From an uncultured Acidobacteriota bacterium (lineage in GTDB: Bacteria; Acidobacteriota; UBA6911), in NCBI GenBank assembly GCA_963827655.1, contig CAWHCF010000020.1, forward strand, positions 32,001 through 96,000: a stretch of DNA of 64,000 nt. The letters run 5' to 3'. The translations under genes and the position numbers were made by a program. The number at the start of each line of letters is the position of its first letter. Position 1 is the stretch's first letter. Below are positions 52,504 through 62,202 of the stretch, in pieces. The notes below the pieces were generated by a model that searched no databases, was not told the DNA's origin, and saw nothing but the letters and a program-made list of their open reading frames with translations.

Positions 52504-52523
52504 TTCATTACCATGGTAATGAA
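52504..52523. promoter_or_regulatory. Perfect 20-bp palindrome, probable TA operator
   Basis: TTCATTACCATGGTAATGAA, 5 bp upstream of the antitoxin ATG. Confidence 0.7.
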
Positions 52524-52759
52524 GACTTTTCAACGACGATTCGGTGAAACCACAAGCTGGCACTCTCTAGCCAACGCCTAAGGTTTCGATTCGACGAGGA
52601 GGGGCGTGATACCGATTTGAGCGGGCCGGTTATGAAAATAATGTAGTCCGGTGACGGTTGCGGGCACTCCAGCATTGCCGGGCGCAGGTCGCCGCAGTGA
52701 AATCGCGCAACTGCCGTGCGAGTGGCGTTCAGCCTACAAAGATTGGGCCACTCGGCGGC

Positions 52760-53743
52760 TCACGGCACTGACGACGCTGAAGATTGCTGCGTTCGGACGG
52801 CTTCGTTTTCGTATTCTCGTTGGAGCTGGTCAATCCTGGCTTGCTGCGCATCGCCGCGATGGATGACCAGTCGATAGCGAAGCACCAGCGGCTTCTCACG
52901 GGAGAGAAGAACCGGAGCGCGGCCGGGGTAAACCGGATTCTGCATGCTCTTGCTCTTTCGCAGTATCCATCGCTGCGGGAATCCCGGCACAGAGGGATGT
53001 GTGAGAATCGCCACGCCGCTCACCTTGCCGGCTCTGAAAGGAACCGGAGAAGTCGAGCCATGGCCCGGCATCGACCGACAGGATCTGGGCCTCGACGGCG
53101 CCGTTACGCCCCACGATGCGGATGTCTTCCGGGAGCCGGATTCGGGGCGAGAAGCCTCCATAGCCCTTGTCGTCTTCAGACCCGCCGATCCGGAGGTCGT
53201 TTTCCAGAGCCAGAAGATTGATCTCGAAATCGATCTTGCGCTTTCCCTCTGAGGCTCGATGGACCCGAATGGTAGTCGTTTCTCTGACCAGCGGTTTTTG
53301 CGATCCCGCGGCATCGACCCAGAGAGGCGACTTCCACAAGACGACAAGCTTGAGCGCGCTGGATGAAGAGTCCACTGGAGACGCCTTTGCCTCCCGCACA
53401 TCCCAGGAAAAGTCCTTCGCCATCCAGGGATCGCCCACCTTCTTTCCACCGACGCTTATCTGGTGCCACGCCCAGAAGATTCCGCGATGATGGAGGTGAT
53501 CGGCCGGGAAATCCTCGGTCAGGAGCTCACCGTCCAGGCCATAAAGCGGATGAATGTAGTTGGCGCGCTCGAACTGCCCGTCGCGCGACTTCGGTTTGCG
53601 CTGGTAAAACAATACCTCCTTGCCATCCTCCACAAGGAGGAAGCCCTCATCCTTTTCGAGAAAACCTTCCTTCTGGGCGGAAGAGGGAGCAGCCGTTAGC
53701 AAGCAAAGCCCCAGCAATAACGGCGACGCTGATGGAATTTCAT
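52760..53743 (-). CDS. DUF6807-like exported protein (frameshifted)
   Basis: YIHPLYGLDG..LTEDFPADHLHHRGIFWAW, KGYGGF, LRYRLVIH. Confidence 0.8.
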
Positions 53744-53761
53744 GGGCCCATTCTCCAGACA

Positions 53762-53879
53762 CGCCCGGCTGCGGCCCAAGGCTTCTTCGTGTCGCTCCTC
53801 AGTACCGCACCGGGTACGCATCGTCGCTCGCGCTCGCCAGCGGCCTGCAGAGAATGCGAACTTATTCTGCGGAACCCTT
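53762..53879. mobile_element. Partial copy (right end) of the 39411-39671 MITE
   Basis: cgctcctcagtaccgcaccgggtacgcatcgtcgctcg...gcagagaatgcgaacttattctgcggaaccctt. Confidence 0.7.
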
Positions 53880-53965
53880 GCGTCTTGGTGGTGGCTTTTC
53901 CATTTGGCTTGACGGGTCCCGAAGCGCATCGGCAAAATGGCAGGCTTAATGAAGGAGCCACACGC

Positions 53966-56900
53966 TTGAAGAATTTGACGAGCATCGCCCTGGCGTGGAT
54001 CGCGCTTGCCGGCCCTCTCGCTGCGCAAACCGAGTACCACTTCGACTTCGGTCCCCCGGACTCGCCTGTCGCGGCCGGCTTCACCGGCGTGCATGCGGGC
54101 GTAACCTATTCACCGGGGAAACGCTACGGCTGGTCGGCCGGCATGCCCGTGGACTATACCGCTCCCAAGCCGGCGCTCAACAGGAGAAGGTGGTACCACT
54201 TCGATCCGCATTTCTTTTACGACGAGATGGCGAGCGACCTTCGAATGGACGGCGTCGAAAGCGACGGATCGCTGTCATTCAAAGTGGATGTGCCGGCAGG
54301 CCGGTATCGCGTGATCGTCACTGCCGGCCATCTGAACGAAGCCCGTTACGGAATCGACATCACCGCCAACGGAAAGCTCGTGGCAAAGAAAGTTGACGCC
54401 CGCCACTGGCTCTCGTCGGAGCGCGGCAGGTTGCACAATGCCTCGGGGTACTACAAGCGGGTAAGATTTTCGGTCGATGTCGGCGGCGCGGGATTGACTC
54501 TCGACTTCAGCGGCGACGATGCTGAGTATCGGCGTCTACTCGAGATCGAGAAGGCGAAGAGTCCCGACCAGTGGCCCAAATCACGATTCAGGAAAGACTC
54601 GCTGCCGGCGGAACACTTGCCCTTCTATGACATCGGGGGTCCGTTCACGAAGGTCAGCCTCATGGGTGTCGAGGTCTACCCGGAAAAGGAGATGCCACTG
54701 CGGATGGATGGCGCGTCGCTGAAGCTGTCGGCCGCCGGTGCCGCCGCAGGAAACCAGGCTCTTCAAAAGGCGATCGCGGCTTTCAATTCCGGTGAATTCA
54801 AGAAAGCAGAACTGGACTTTCTCGCGCTTTCCGATCCGCTGCTCACGGGCATCGGACTCCTGGCGCTGGCGGGCCGGCCCGATTACGAGAATGAGCTGGA
54901 GAACGCTGGTGCAGCCGTCGCCGCCTTGAAAAAGGCTGTCGCCTCGGGGAACGCCGGCCCCAACGTGAAGGAACTGCTCGACAGCGCCGAAATATTTCTC
55001 AACGGCCTCCTGCACTTCAGGGACCGCGCGGTGCCGCCGAATAATGGTCTCCGCTCGACCTGGCGCGCCATAGCCGAATTCGACCAGATACAACCGGACG
55101 ATTGGATGTACTACAAGAGCCTGGTGCTGCAAGCCCGTTACATGATCATGCTCGATCCCCATCATTGGGCCTGGCATGCTCAGGAAGGAAAAAGCAAACT
55201 CCGCGTTGTCGAAGCTCGATTCCCGCAAAATCGATTTGTTCGATTCCACCTTCACGGTGACGTCATGGATTGGCCCGACTGGAAGTCGCCCGACTATCAG
55301 GCCAGGACCAAGGGGGCGCCCACCTGGGCGGCGAACGTCCATGCAGCGTACAACCGCGAAGTCGACCTGGCCGAATGGTGGATCAAAAACCGGCAACAGT
55401 CGGATGGCTCGCTGGGAGGCGGTTGGGGCGACGACGTCGAGATTCTGCGTGTATTCGGCGCATTCGTGGGAATCTGTCCCGATGCGAGCCCCCTGGTGAT
55501 GGAGGGCGTGCGCAAGGTCGCGGACGGGGCCTGGCTCAGCGGAGGGATCGACACCGAGGCAGGATACTTCGCCGAGGTCGGAGATACGGAGCATACCGGG
55601 GAATGGACGGCCGACACGCTGGTCGCCATGATCCGTACCGATTATGGCAACCCGCTCTACATCGAGCGGGCGCTACGGACCGGAAAGCTGATGCGGGACC
55701 TGTGGATGGATCGCAACGAAAAGGGACATTACCTCATGCGGTCGAATTTTCTTGGAGCGACGGGCGTAGGAGGCGATGGAACGGAGAATGACTCATCGAT
55801 CAACTACCGGCCTGCATCCCCGGCGCGAGCGGTTCTCTGGTACAACAACCTGCCGGCGCTCAAGCAGATGTTTCTTGATTGGGCCGACGCATGGCTGGCG
55901 GCGGCGATGTCGACCGAGAAAGGGAAACCGCGCGGAATCCTGCCGGAAGAGATCGGCTTCGCCAGAAGCGAGATCGGCGGGACGAACGCGCCCGCGTGGT
56001 ATCGCGCCGAACACCGTCCCGGGACGGTCAACTCGGACTGGCAGGGAAGCGCCGGATATCACGACCACACCGTCGATCTGCTCGTTTTCGCTCACAAGGC
56101 GACCGGCCAGGTGAAGTACCTGGAACCGATGAAGCTCGAAGCTGATTTCGTCGAGCGTCATTGTCCCAAGGAGATTCTCGCTTCCGAAGAGGCGAAGCAA
56201 GGACGGGTCACCGCCAATCTGTGGAAGGATCTGGCAGAGGGAAGCAAGGAATGGATAGCCGCTCGGCTGGCGGCGTGGCCGAAAAAATGGGACGCGATGC
56301 GGCGCGTGCTTTTTCCGGAGCAATTCCCGGAACAGGCGCAGTTGACGACGCTCGATGAGGTGGAAGAACAAACGCGAAACGAGATTGAGTCGGCCGCCAG
56401 GGAGTGGCCGCTGGTGACATCAGAATGCATCGCCACGGATCGTGTCCACTGGCTGGGCATGGGGAATGCCTTCAAGATCATGACCGGCTACGGCGTCTCG
56501 GGCCAGGTGCCGGCTGTGACGTATCGCGGCTTTGGACGCGATTTTGCCGCTGCCGTACTCAAGGTCGATGCCGCGAATTTGAAAGCCATCGTGTACAGCG
56601 TGTCCGCGGAGCCGAAAGAGGCCGCCATTGTGCCCTGGATACTCGACCTGGGCGCCCGATACGACCTCAAGGCGGGTCCGGACAACGACGGTGACGGACG
56701 GATGGATCACGCGGCCGAGCAGCGCGCCGTGCTGCTCCAGCATCGGGGGCAGGGTGTGCTGCTCCGCTTTCCAGGGCGCACCTCTTACGTGGTCGAACTG
56801 AAGAAGCTCGCAGATCATAAGAGTCAGGAACTCTATCCTGATCTTGGCTTGTCTCAGGAAGACATTCAGTTTGTTCCCGAGTATCGGCGCGTCGATGTGA

Positions 56901-57190
56901 CGGTTCACAACATCGGCGGTGCTGCGGCTCGCAACGTGATGGTCGTCCTGTCGGACGGAGAGAAGGAGGTCGGGCGGCAGAGGATCCCGAACATCGAGGC
57001 GCCGTTGGATCTCGACGCCAAGTGGGTGCGAATTGGCTTTCCATTTACACCCAGCCGCGACCGTCATGAGTTTACGGCCATCTTGGATCCCGACGGCCTG
57101 GTCGAAGAAATCAACGAGTCGAACAACAAAGCCGTCGCCGCGCGCTCCACCCCTCGGTCCCGGTCAAGCGGCACGCAAGTCCCTGAGTAG
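53966..57190 (+). CDS. Large exported protein: galactose-binding-like N-domain, helical GGGWGDDVE core, CARDB-like C-domain
   Basis: GAAGGAG RBS and TTG start; FDFGPPDSPV..GF; GGGWGDDVE; VHNIGG...LDPDGLVEEINESNN. Confidence 0.82.
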   Translation: MKNLTSIALAWIALAGPLAAQTEYHFDFGPPDSPVAAGFTGVHAGVTYSPGKRYGWSAGMPVDYTAPKPALNRRRWYHFDPHFFYDEMASDLRMDGVESDGSLSFKVDVPAGRYRVIVTAGHLNEARYGIDITANGKLVAKKVDARHWLSSERGRLHNASGYYKRVRFSVDVGGAGLTLDFSGDDAEYRRLLEIEKAKSPDQWPKSRFRKDSLPAEHLPFYDIGGPFTKVSLMGVEVYPEKEMPLRMDGASLKLSAAGAAAGNQALQKAIAAFNSGEFKKAELDFLALSDPLLTGIGLLALAGRPDYENELENAGAAVAALKKAVASGNAGPNVKELLDSAEIFLNGLLHFRDRAVPPNNGLRSTWRAIAEFDQIQPDDWMYYKSLVLQARYMIMLDPHHWAWHAQEGKSKLRVVEARFPQNRFVRFHLHGDVMDWPDWKSPDYQARTKGAPTWAANVHAAYNREVDLAEWWIKNRQQSDGSLGGGWGDDVEILRVFGAFVGICPDASPLVMEGVRKVADGAWLSGGIDTEAGYFAEVGDTEHTGEWTADTLVAMIRTDYGNPLYIERALRTGKLMRDLWMDRNEKGHYLMRSNFLGATGVGGDGTENDSSINYRPASPARAVLWYNNLPALKQMFLDWADAWLAAAMSTEKGKPRGILPEEIGFARSEIGGTNAPAWYRAEHRPGTVNSDWQGSAGYHDHTVDLLVFAHKATGQVKYLEPMKLEADFVERHCPKEILASEEAKQGRVTANLWKDLAEGSKEWIAARLAAWPKKWDAMRRVLFPEQFPEQAQLTTLDEVEEQTRNEIESAAREWPLVTSECIATDRVHWLGMGNAFKIMTGYGVSGQVPAVTYRGFGRDFAAAVLKVDAANLKAIVYSVSAEPKEAAIVPWILDLGARYDLKAGPDNDGDGRMDHAAEQRAVLLQHRGQGVLLRFPGRTSYVVELKKLADHKSQELYPDLGLSQEDIQFVPEYRRVDVTVHNIGGAAARNVMVVLSDGEKEVGRQRIPNIEAPLDLDAKWVRIGFPFTPSRDRHEFTAILDPDGLVEEINESNNKAVAARSTPRSRSSGTQVPE

Positions 57191-57306
57191 AGGCGTTCGC
57201 AATTACGGTAACGTATTGGAATGCGGAAAGCCTGGACTCTGGCGATTCCGTGGCGCGGCAGCAAGCTGCCGCAGCACAAGGCGCAAGCCGAGGTTACGCT
57301 GCGTCG

Positions 57307-57509
57307 CGCCCTGAAAGGGCGAAGGAAATTAGCCGGGGGTGAGCGAAGCGCTGCCCCCGGTTGACACGAGCAAAGAGACGCGCCCCGGAGGGGCGCGGGG
57401 CGCGGCCCTCAATGCTCCTGCGCCCCTTCAGGGCGCGTGGACATAATCCCGCAAACCCCGGGCTGCGCTTCGCTTGCCCGGGGCTAATTTCCGTCGCCCC
57501 TCCGGGGCG
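57307..57509. repeat. GCCCTGAAAGGGC-type palindromic REP/MITE unit
   Basis: gccctgaaagggc, gccccggaggggc, gccccttcagggc, gcccctccggggc with aaattagcc/ggctaattt arms. Confidence 0.8.
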
Positions 57510-57646
57510 GTTAGCGCACTCAAAAGCCACCGGGACTACGTTACAGTATTTGTGAAACCGCGTACTAAGCACGGCGTTAGTCTCTTTGTGGCCGTGCAGC
57601 GGACCACCAAGACACGAAGACTCGAAGAAACGCTAATGCATCTGTA

Positions 57647-60600
57647 ATGGAGGAACATGCTCAGTATCGCTCGAGCTATGAGGTCTTTACCGCCTGGGGG
57701 TTGATTTCAGTTGCTCCCGGGCCGGCCAGCGCCGCCCAGGCAGCGTCGTGGCGTTTTGACTGCGGGGCGGAGGACTCACCGGTTGCGCGGGGATATCGAC
57801 CCCTGACGCCCAGACATCGCTACAGCAAAGAATCGGGATTCGGCTGGGAGAAGGGGAAGCCGTCCGGTCGCGTGGTTCGAGACCTGCCTGATCTGAAACG
57901 ATTCATGCTCTATCCGTACATGATGGAGAACCTGAATGATCTGAATCGGGATTCGATCATCAGCGAAGAGGACCTGACTTTCCGCGTGGATGTTCCCAAG
58001 GGCCGGTATCGAGTGACCGTGATGCTGGGTGACATGTCGCAAGCGCTCGGCTCCATCGACGTTGCGGTCAACGGCCAGGCGGCGGCCGATCACGTCTCGG
58101 CCTGGACGCCCGGCACCAGGGGGCCGGGGAATCACCGCCGGTTGCTGATGGACCCGTATGGCTGGTGGACTCGCGTGCGCCACACGGTCACGGCTCATGA
58201 CGGATACATTCGAATCGAGTTGAAAAAAAACCAGAGCTACTACGACCGGATGCTCGCCTCGCAAGAAAATCATGAAGAGCAATGGGACAAGGATTGGCGC
58301 AGGCATTACCAGCGGGTCGGAGTAACGTCTCCCCCCTATTTTTTCATTGGTTGGCCGTTCGTTCGACACAGCGTCATGGCCATCGAAGTTGTTCCACATA
58401 GGCCGGCGCCTGTAGTGGGCCGCAACGATCGGCTGGAACTCGCGCGTCCGGTTCAGTCACCTGGGCTCACCGAAGCAATCGAGGCTTTCAACCGGGGCGA
58501 TTACAATCGAGCGCACCAGGCCCTGCAGCGCGCGAAGGAGCCCGAGGCGCGGGTCGCGCGAAGCATCGTGCTGCTGTGGCTTGCGGGACGTCTCGAAGTC
58601 GAAAGGGAAAAGGGGCTGGTCTCGGAAGCGCTGGCAACGCTGCGGGAATATGTGAAAGCCCGCCCCTCCGAGAACAGCGTGGCAGAGATCGAGTCTGACG
58701 CCGAGATTTTCGAGAGAGCGCTGCGTCTCCATTTGACTCGCGGGGATGTGGGCAAGAATCACTTCCTGGAAAACATCAAGGCGATCGGCTGGTGGTGGCT
58801 GATCTCAGAGGAATCGCCGCTCTATTATAAATCGCAGCTCTACATCGCCCGCGCGGCGCACATGCTGATCCCTTATTTCCCGACCCGCGGAACCGAGCGG
58901 GAGATCTTCAGGAAGCTGGAGAAGAGATTCCCGGGCAACCGCTACGTGAAGTATCACCTGAATTACGCCTGGGAGCCTCACGGCGACGGGAGCCGGTTCG
59001 AAGACTGGCACATGACAGACTACGGCGCGAAAGTCAAAGACTCGCCCGAGTGGGTGCGCGAGCTCTATCCCGCGTTCGCGGGCCTGGTCGATCTTTCCGA
59101 GTGGTGGTTCAAATATCGGATGGGCTCAGAGGGCGCGCTGGGCGGCGGCTGGGGCGATGACGTCGAAATCATCCCGGTATTCGCGTACATGGGATACGCC
59201 AGCCGGGACGTGTCGAGCATTCTCCTTCCGGGCCTGCGAAAGTTCATGGATGGGCTCTGGCAGTTCTCCGAAGTCGATCCGGACCTCGGTTTCTGCCTGC
59301 CGCTGTCGGACGCGGAGCACGTAGCCGAATGGACCGGCAACACCCTGGGTATGATGGTTCAGATCGACTACGGGAACCCGCAGTGGATCGAACGCAGCAT
59401 GAAGACCGCCAAGCTGATGCGCGACTACTGGACCGCGCCGAATAACAATGGTCACCGCCATTTTCGCGCCAACTACTTTGGCGCCACCCAGGTCGGGAGC
59501 GGCGAACAGATGAACGACTCGTGGATCAACTACCGGGCCATTCGTCCGGCAGCCGCGGTCCGCTGGTACAACCAGAATCCGGCCGTATCCCGGCTGTACG
59601 TTGAACTGGCCGATGCCTGGGGGGCGGCGGCGATGGCCACTGAAAGGGGCAAACCCAAAGGGGTCATTCCGGCGGAAATCTCGTTCCCCGACGGAATCAT
59701 CGGCGGGACTAACTCGCCCAACTGGTATACGGCGAGTCACGGCCCGGAGACAGGCAATGAGGATTGGGTTAACGGGAGCGAAGCCTACAAGGGGTATGTG
59801 TACGACCTGTTTTTCAACGCTCACGGTCAGACAGGCGATCCCAAGTATTTCGAGCCGATGAGGCTCGAATACGAGCTGGCCGCCCGTTACAACAATGTTT
59901 CCGCGTTGCGGACGGGAGCGCGGCTGCAGTCCACGCCGTCCGACGCGGGGCGCGACGCCGGAATGGCGGCGGCGAAGCCCGGCAAGCCCGATTCGCCCTC
60001 CGAAGTCGGGAGCGAACGGTGGGTTGGAGAGAATCTGAAAGGCGCCAGTGAATGGCTCGTTGCCAGACGCATGGTGGAAGGGCGAAAGGGAAAGCTGGAA
60101 GACGACCTGTCCAAAGACGACATCATCCGGAAGGCGCGCTGGGCGAGCAAGGAACTGCGTGAACGCTGGCCGCTCATGACCACAGAGGCCGGACCGACCG
60201 ATCGAGTCGCCTTTGCCGGATGCGTCAATCCGTTCTTGATTTACACCGGAGGCAGAATCGGAGGCCCCTCCCTGGAAGCCGCCGTGACCTACGGGAACAC
60301 GACCAAGGACTTTGCCGCGGCGGTGCTGGCCACCGACGCTCAGGGCTTCCGCCTCCTTTACCACAGCCTGGCATCGGGAGCGCGGGAAATCGAGATTTAC
60401 CCCTGGCACCTGGAGCCGGCCGGCAAGTACATCCTGCGTTACGGTCCTGACTCAAACGAAGACGCGGTCATGGATCTTCGAACCGAGGAGCGCAAGTTTG
60501 ATTTCCCTCAGGTGGGGACGCCGTTCCGAATCCGGGTCGACTCTCGTACAACGTATGTGGTCGAGGTCGAACAGATCGAGCGGGGCCGGCGAACGCGTCT

Positions 60601-60982
60601 GGTGGCCGATCCGGGGCTATCATCGGATGACATCCGTTATGATGAGAGGTGGGGCCTTCTCCTGGCCCGCATTCACAATGTGGGCTCGGAACGGGTTCGC
60701 GACCTGGAAGTGGTGGCATTCGACGGCGATCCGAAGGCCGGCGGGATGAGAATCGGGATGCAAAGTATTCCGAATATCGAAGCGCCCAATGACCTCGAAC
60801 CCAGGACCGTGACCGTAGGGTTTTCGTGGCGGCCGACGAAGAAGATTCACGAGATCTATATCCTGGTAGACCCCGAGGATAAAATAAAAGACGAAATCAC
60901 GACTCTTAACAATGTGGTCTCCAGGAGACTCGAACTCGACCCGAGCCGGCTCATCTTTGAATTCCGCGGAGGAACTGAATAG
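57647..60982 (+). CDS. Paralogue of 53966-57190 (true start probably 57657 with an early frameshift)
   Basis: FDCGAEDSPV, GGGWGDDVE, DAEHVAEWT, DYGNP.WIER, GKPKG.IP.E, IPNIEAP. Confidence 0.85.
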   Translation: MEEHAQYRSSYEVFTAWGLISVAPGPASAAQAASWRFDCGAEDSPVARGYRPLTPRHRYSKESGFGWEKGKPSGRVVRDLPDLKRFMLYPYMMENLNDLNRDSIISEEDLTFRVDVPKGRYRVTVMLGDMSQALGSIDVAVNGQAAADHVSAWTPGTRGPGNHRRLLMDPYGWWTRVRHTVTAHDGYIRIELKKNQSYYDRMLASQENHEEQWDKDWRRHYQRVGVTSPPYFFIGWPFVRHSVMAIEVVPHRPAPVVGRNDRLELARPVQSPGLTEAIEAFNRGDYNRAHQALQRAKEPEARVARSIVLLWLAGRLEVEREKGLVSEALATLREYVKARPSENSVAEIESDAEIFERALRLHLTRGDVGKNHFLENIKAIGWWWLISEESPLYYKSQLYIARAAHMLIPYFPTRGTEREIFRKLEKRFPGNRYVKYHLNYAWEPHGDGSRFEDWHMTDYGAKVKDSPEWVRELYPAFAGLVDLSEWWFKYRMGSEGALGGGWGDDVEIIPVFAYMGYASRDVSSILLPGLRKFMDGLWQFSEVDPDLGFCLPLSDAEHVAEWTGNTLGMMVQIDYGNPQWIERSMKTAKLMRDYWTAPNNNGHRHFRANYFGATQVGSGEQMNDSWINYRAIRPAAAVRWYNQNPAVSRLYVELADAWGAAAMATERGKPKGVIPAEISFPDGIIGGTNSPNWYTASHGPETGNEDWVNGSEAYKGYVYDLFFNAHGQTGDPKYFEPMRLEYELAARYNNVSALRTGARLQSTPSDAGRDAGMAAAKPGKPDSPSEVGSERWVGENLKGASEWLVARRMVEGRKGKLEDDLSKDDIIRKARWASKELRERWPLMTTEAGPTDRVAFAGCVNPFLIYTGGRIGGPSLEAAVTYGNTTKDFAAAVLATDAQGFRLLYHSLASGAREIEIYPWHLEPAGKYILRYGPDSNEDAVMDLRTEERKFDFPQVGTPFRIRVDSRTTYVVEVEQIERGRRTRLVADPGLSSDDIRYDERWGLLLARIHNVGSERVRDLEVVAFDGDPKAGGMRIGMQSIPNIEAPNDLEPRTVTVGFSWRPTKKIHEIYILVDPEDKIKDEITTLNNVVSRRLELDPSRLIFEFRGGTE

Positions 60983-61129
60983 ACAAGAGGCGCGCTTGGA
61001 GTGCGACAGCACTCATTTGGTGTGCTGGACCCGGAAGTTGTTGATTCGATGTGCCGGCAGTCAAGCTGCCGCGACCAGCGCTCGCCCGGTTTGGCGAAGC
61101 TGCCTTGCCCGCCCGGCGGTAAAAGAAAT

Positions 61130-61248
61130 GCCTATCACGACCACGTGCATGGGCTCGTGGTCGGCTGTTTGCCGTGTTCGAGATTCGGTGCGTGCCTGGA
61201 AATCAGCTATTTCTCACAGGATCGCGAAGCGCCGCGACGGCACTCCCC
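61130..61248 (+). pseudogene. Possible RAYT/IS200-like HUH transposase remnant
   Basis: AYHDHVHGLV followed in another frame by VRAWKSAISHRI; next to a family E REP. Confidence 0.4.
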
Positions 61249-61322
61249 TTCATCCAGCAGAATTCGGTTGGCTTTGTTCGCGCGCTCGTAATAAATTTGG
61301 GGAAGGCAAGGAGGCTTGGGGC

Positions 61323-62174
61323 ATGACGATCCAGGGAGTGACCCGGCGGGAGATGATCAAATGGTCTGTGGCGGGAGCGCTGTGGAGGTCCATGCCTCTG
61401 GTTGCCCAGGAGAAGAAGATCCCGATCGGCGTGCAACTCTACTCGGTCCGAGATGACTGCGCAAAGGACTTCGACGCCGCGCTGAAGCAAATTGCGGAGA
61501 TGGGTTTCGAGGGCGTCGAATTTGCAGGTTACTACAAGTACAAGGACGACGCGGCGGGCCTGAAGAAGAAGCTCGACGAGCTGGGCCTGAAGGCCGCCGG
61601 GACTCACATCGGCGCCGCATCGTTCGAGGGCGACAGTCTGAAGCGGACCATCGAGTTCCACAAGACCATCGGGTGCAAGTTCCTCATAGTTCCCGGCGAA
61701 CGCCGTTTCACCGACCCTGAAAAAAGCAAGGAGTATGCGGAGTTGATGAACAAGACCGCCCAGGCGCTCAAGAACGAGGGAATGTTCTGCGGGCACCACA
61801 ACCACACGGCCGAGTTCAAGAAGGCCGACGACAAGACTTACTGGGATCTCTTCGGTGAGCGGACCAGCAAGGACGTGATTCTCCAGATGGACATCGGTTG
61901 GGTGAGGGCGGCAGGGCTCGATCCGGTCGATCTCATCAAGAAGTTTCCGGGGCGGATCAAGACGACCCACGTCAAGGCAAAACCGCCGAGTGGCCAGGGT
62001 AAGGCTTACATCGGCCAGGACGACTACGACTGGAAGCGCGTCCTCTCGGCCTGCTCCGGCATGGGCGGCACCGACTGGTTCCTGATCGAGCAGGAGGAGT
62101 ATCCTGAAGGCAAGACCCCCATGGAGTGTACTAAAATCTCGCTTGACGGCTTGAAGGCAATCTTGAAACGGTGA
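61323..62174 (+). CDS. Tat-exported sugar phosphate isomerase/epimerase (TIM barrel)
   Basis: TRREMI, GVQLYSVR, HNHTAEF, QMDIGW, HVK, IEQE. Confidence 0.9.
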   Translation: MTIQGVTRREMIKWSVAGALWRSMPLVAQEKKIPIGVQLYSVRDDCAKDFDAALKQIAEMGFEGVEFAGYYKYKDDAAGLKKKLDELGLKAAGTHIGAASFEGDSLKRTIEFHKTIGCKFLIVPGERRFTDPEKSKEYAELMNKTAQALKNEGMFCGHHNHTAEFKKADDKTYWDLFGERTSKDVILQMDIGWVRAAGLDPVDLIKKFPGRIKTTHVKAKPPSGQGKAYIGQDDYDWKRVLSACSGMGGTDWFLIEQEEYPEGKTPMECTKISLDGLKAILKR

Positions 62175-62202
62175 CAGCATTATTTCTTCGTGAGGTTAAC
62201 GA

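Noticed and set aside
53363-53965. N-terminal 200 aa of the 1275-aa ORF
   Set aside because: Overlaps the DUF6807 gene and a MITE; RBS and signal peptide point to the TTG at 53966
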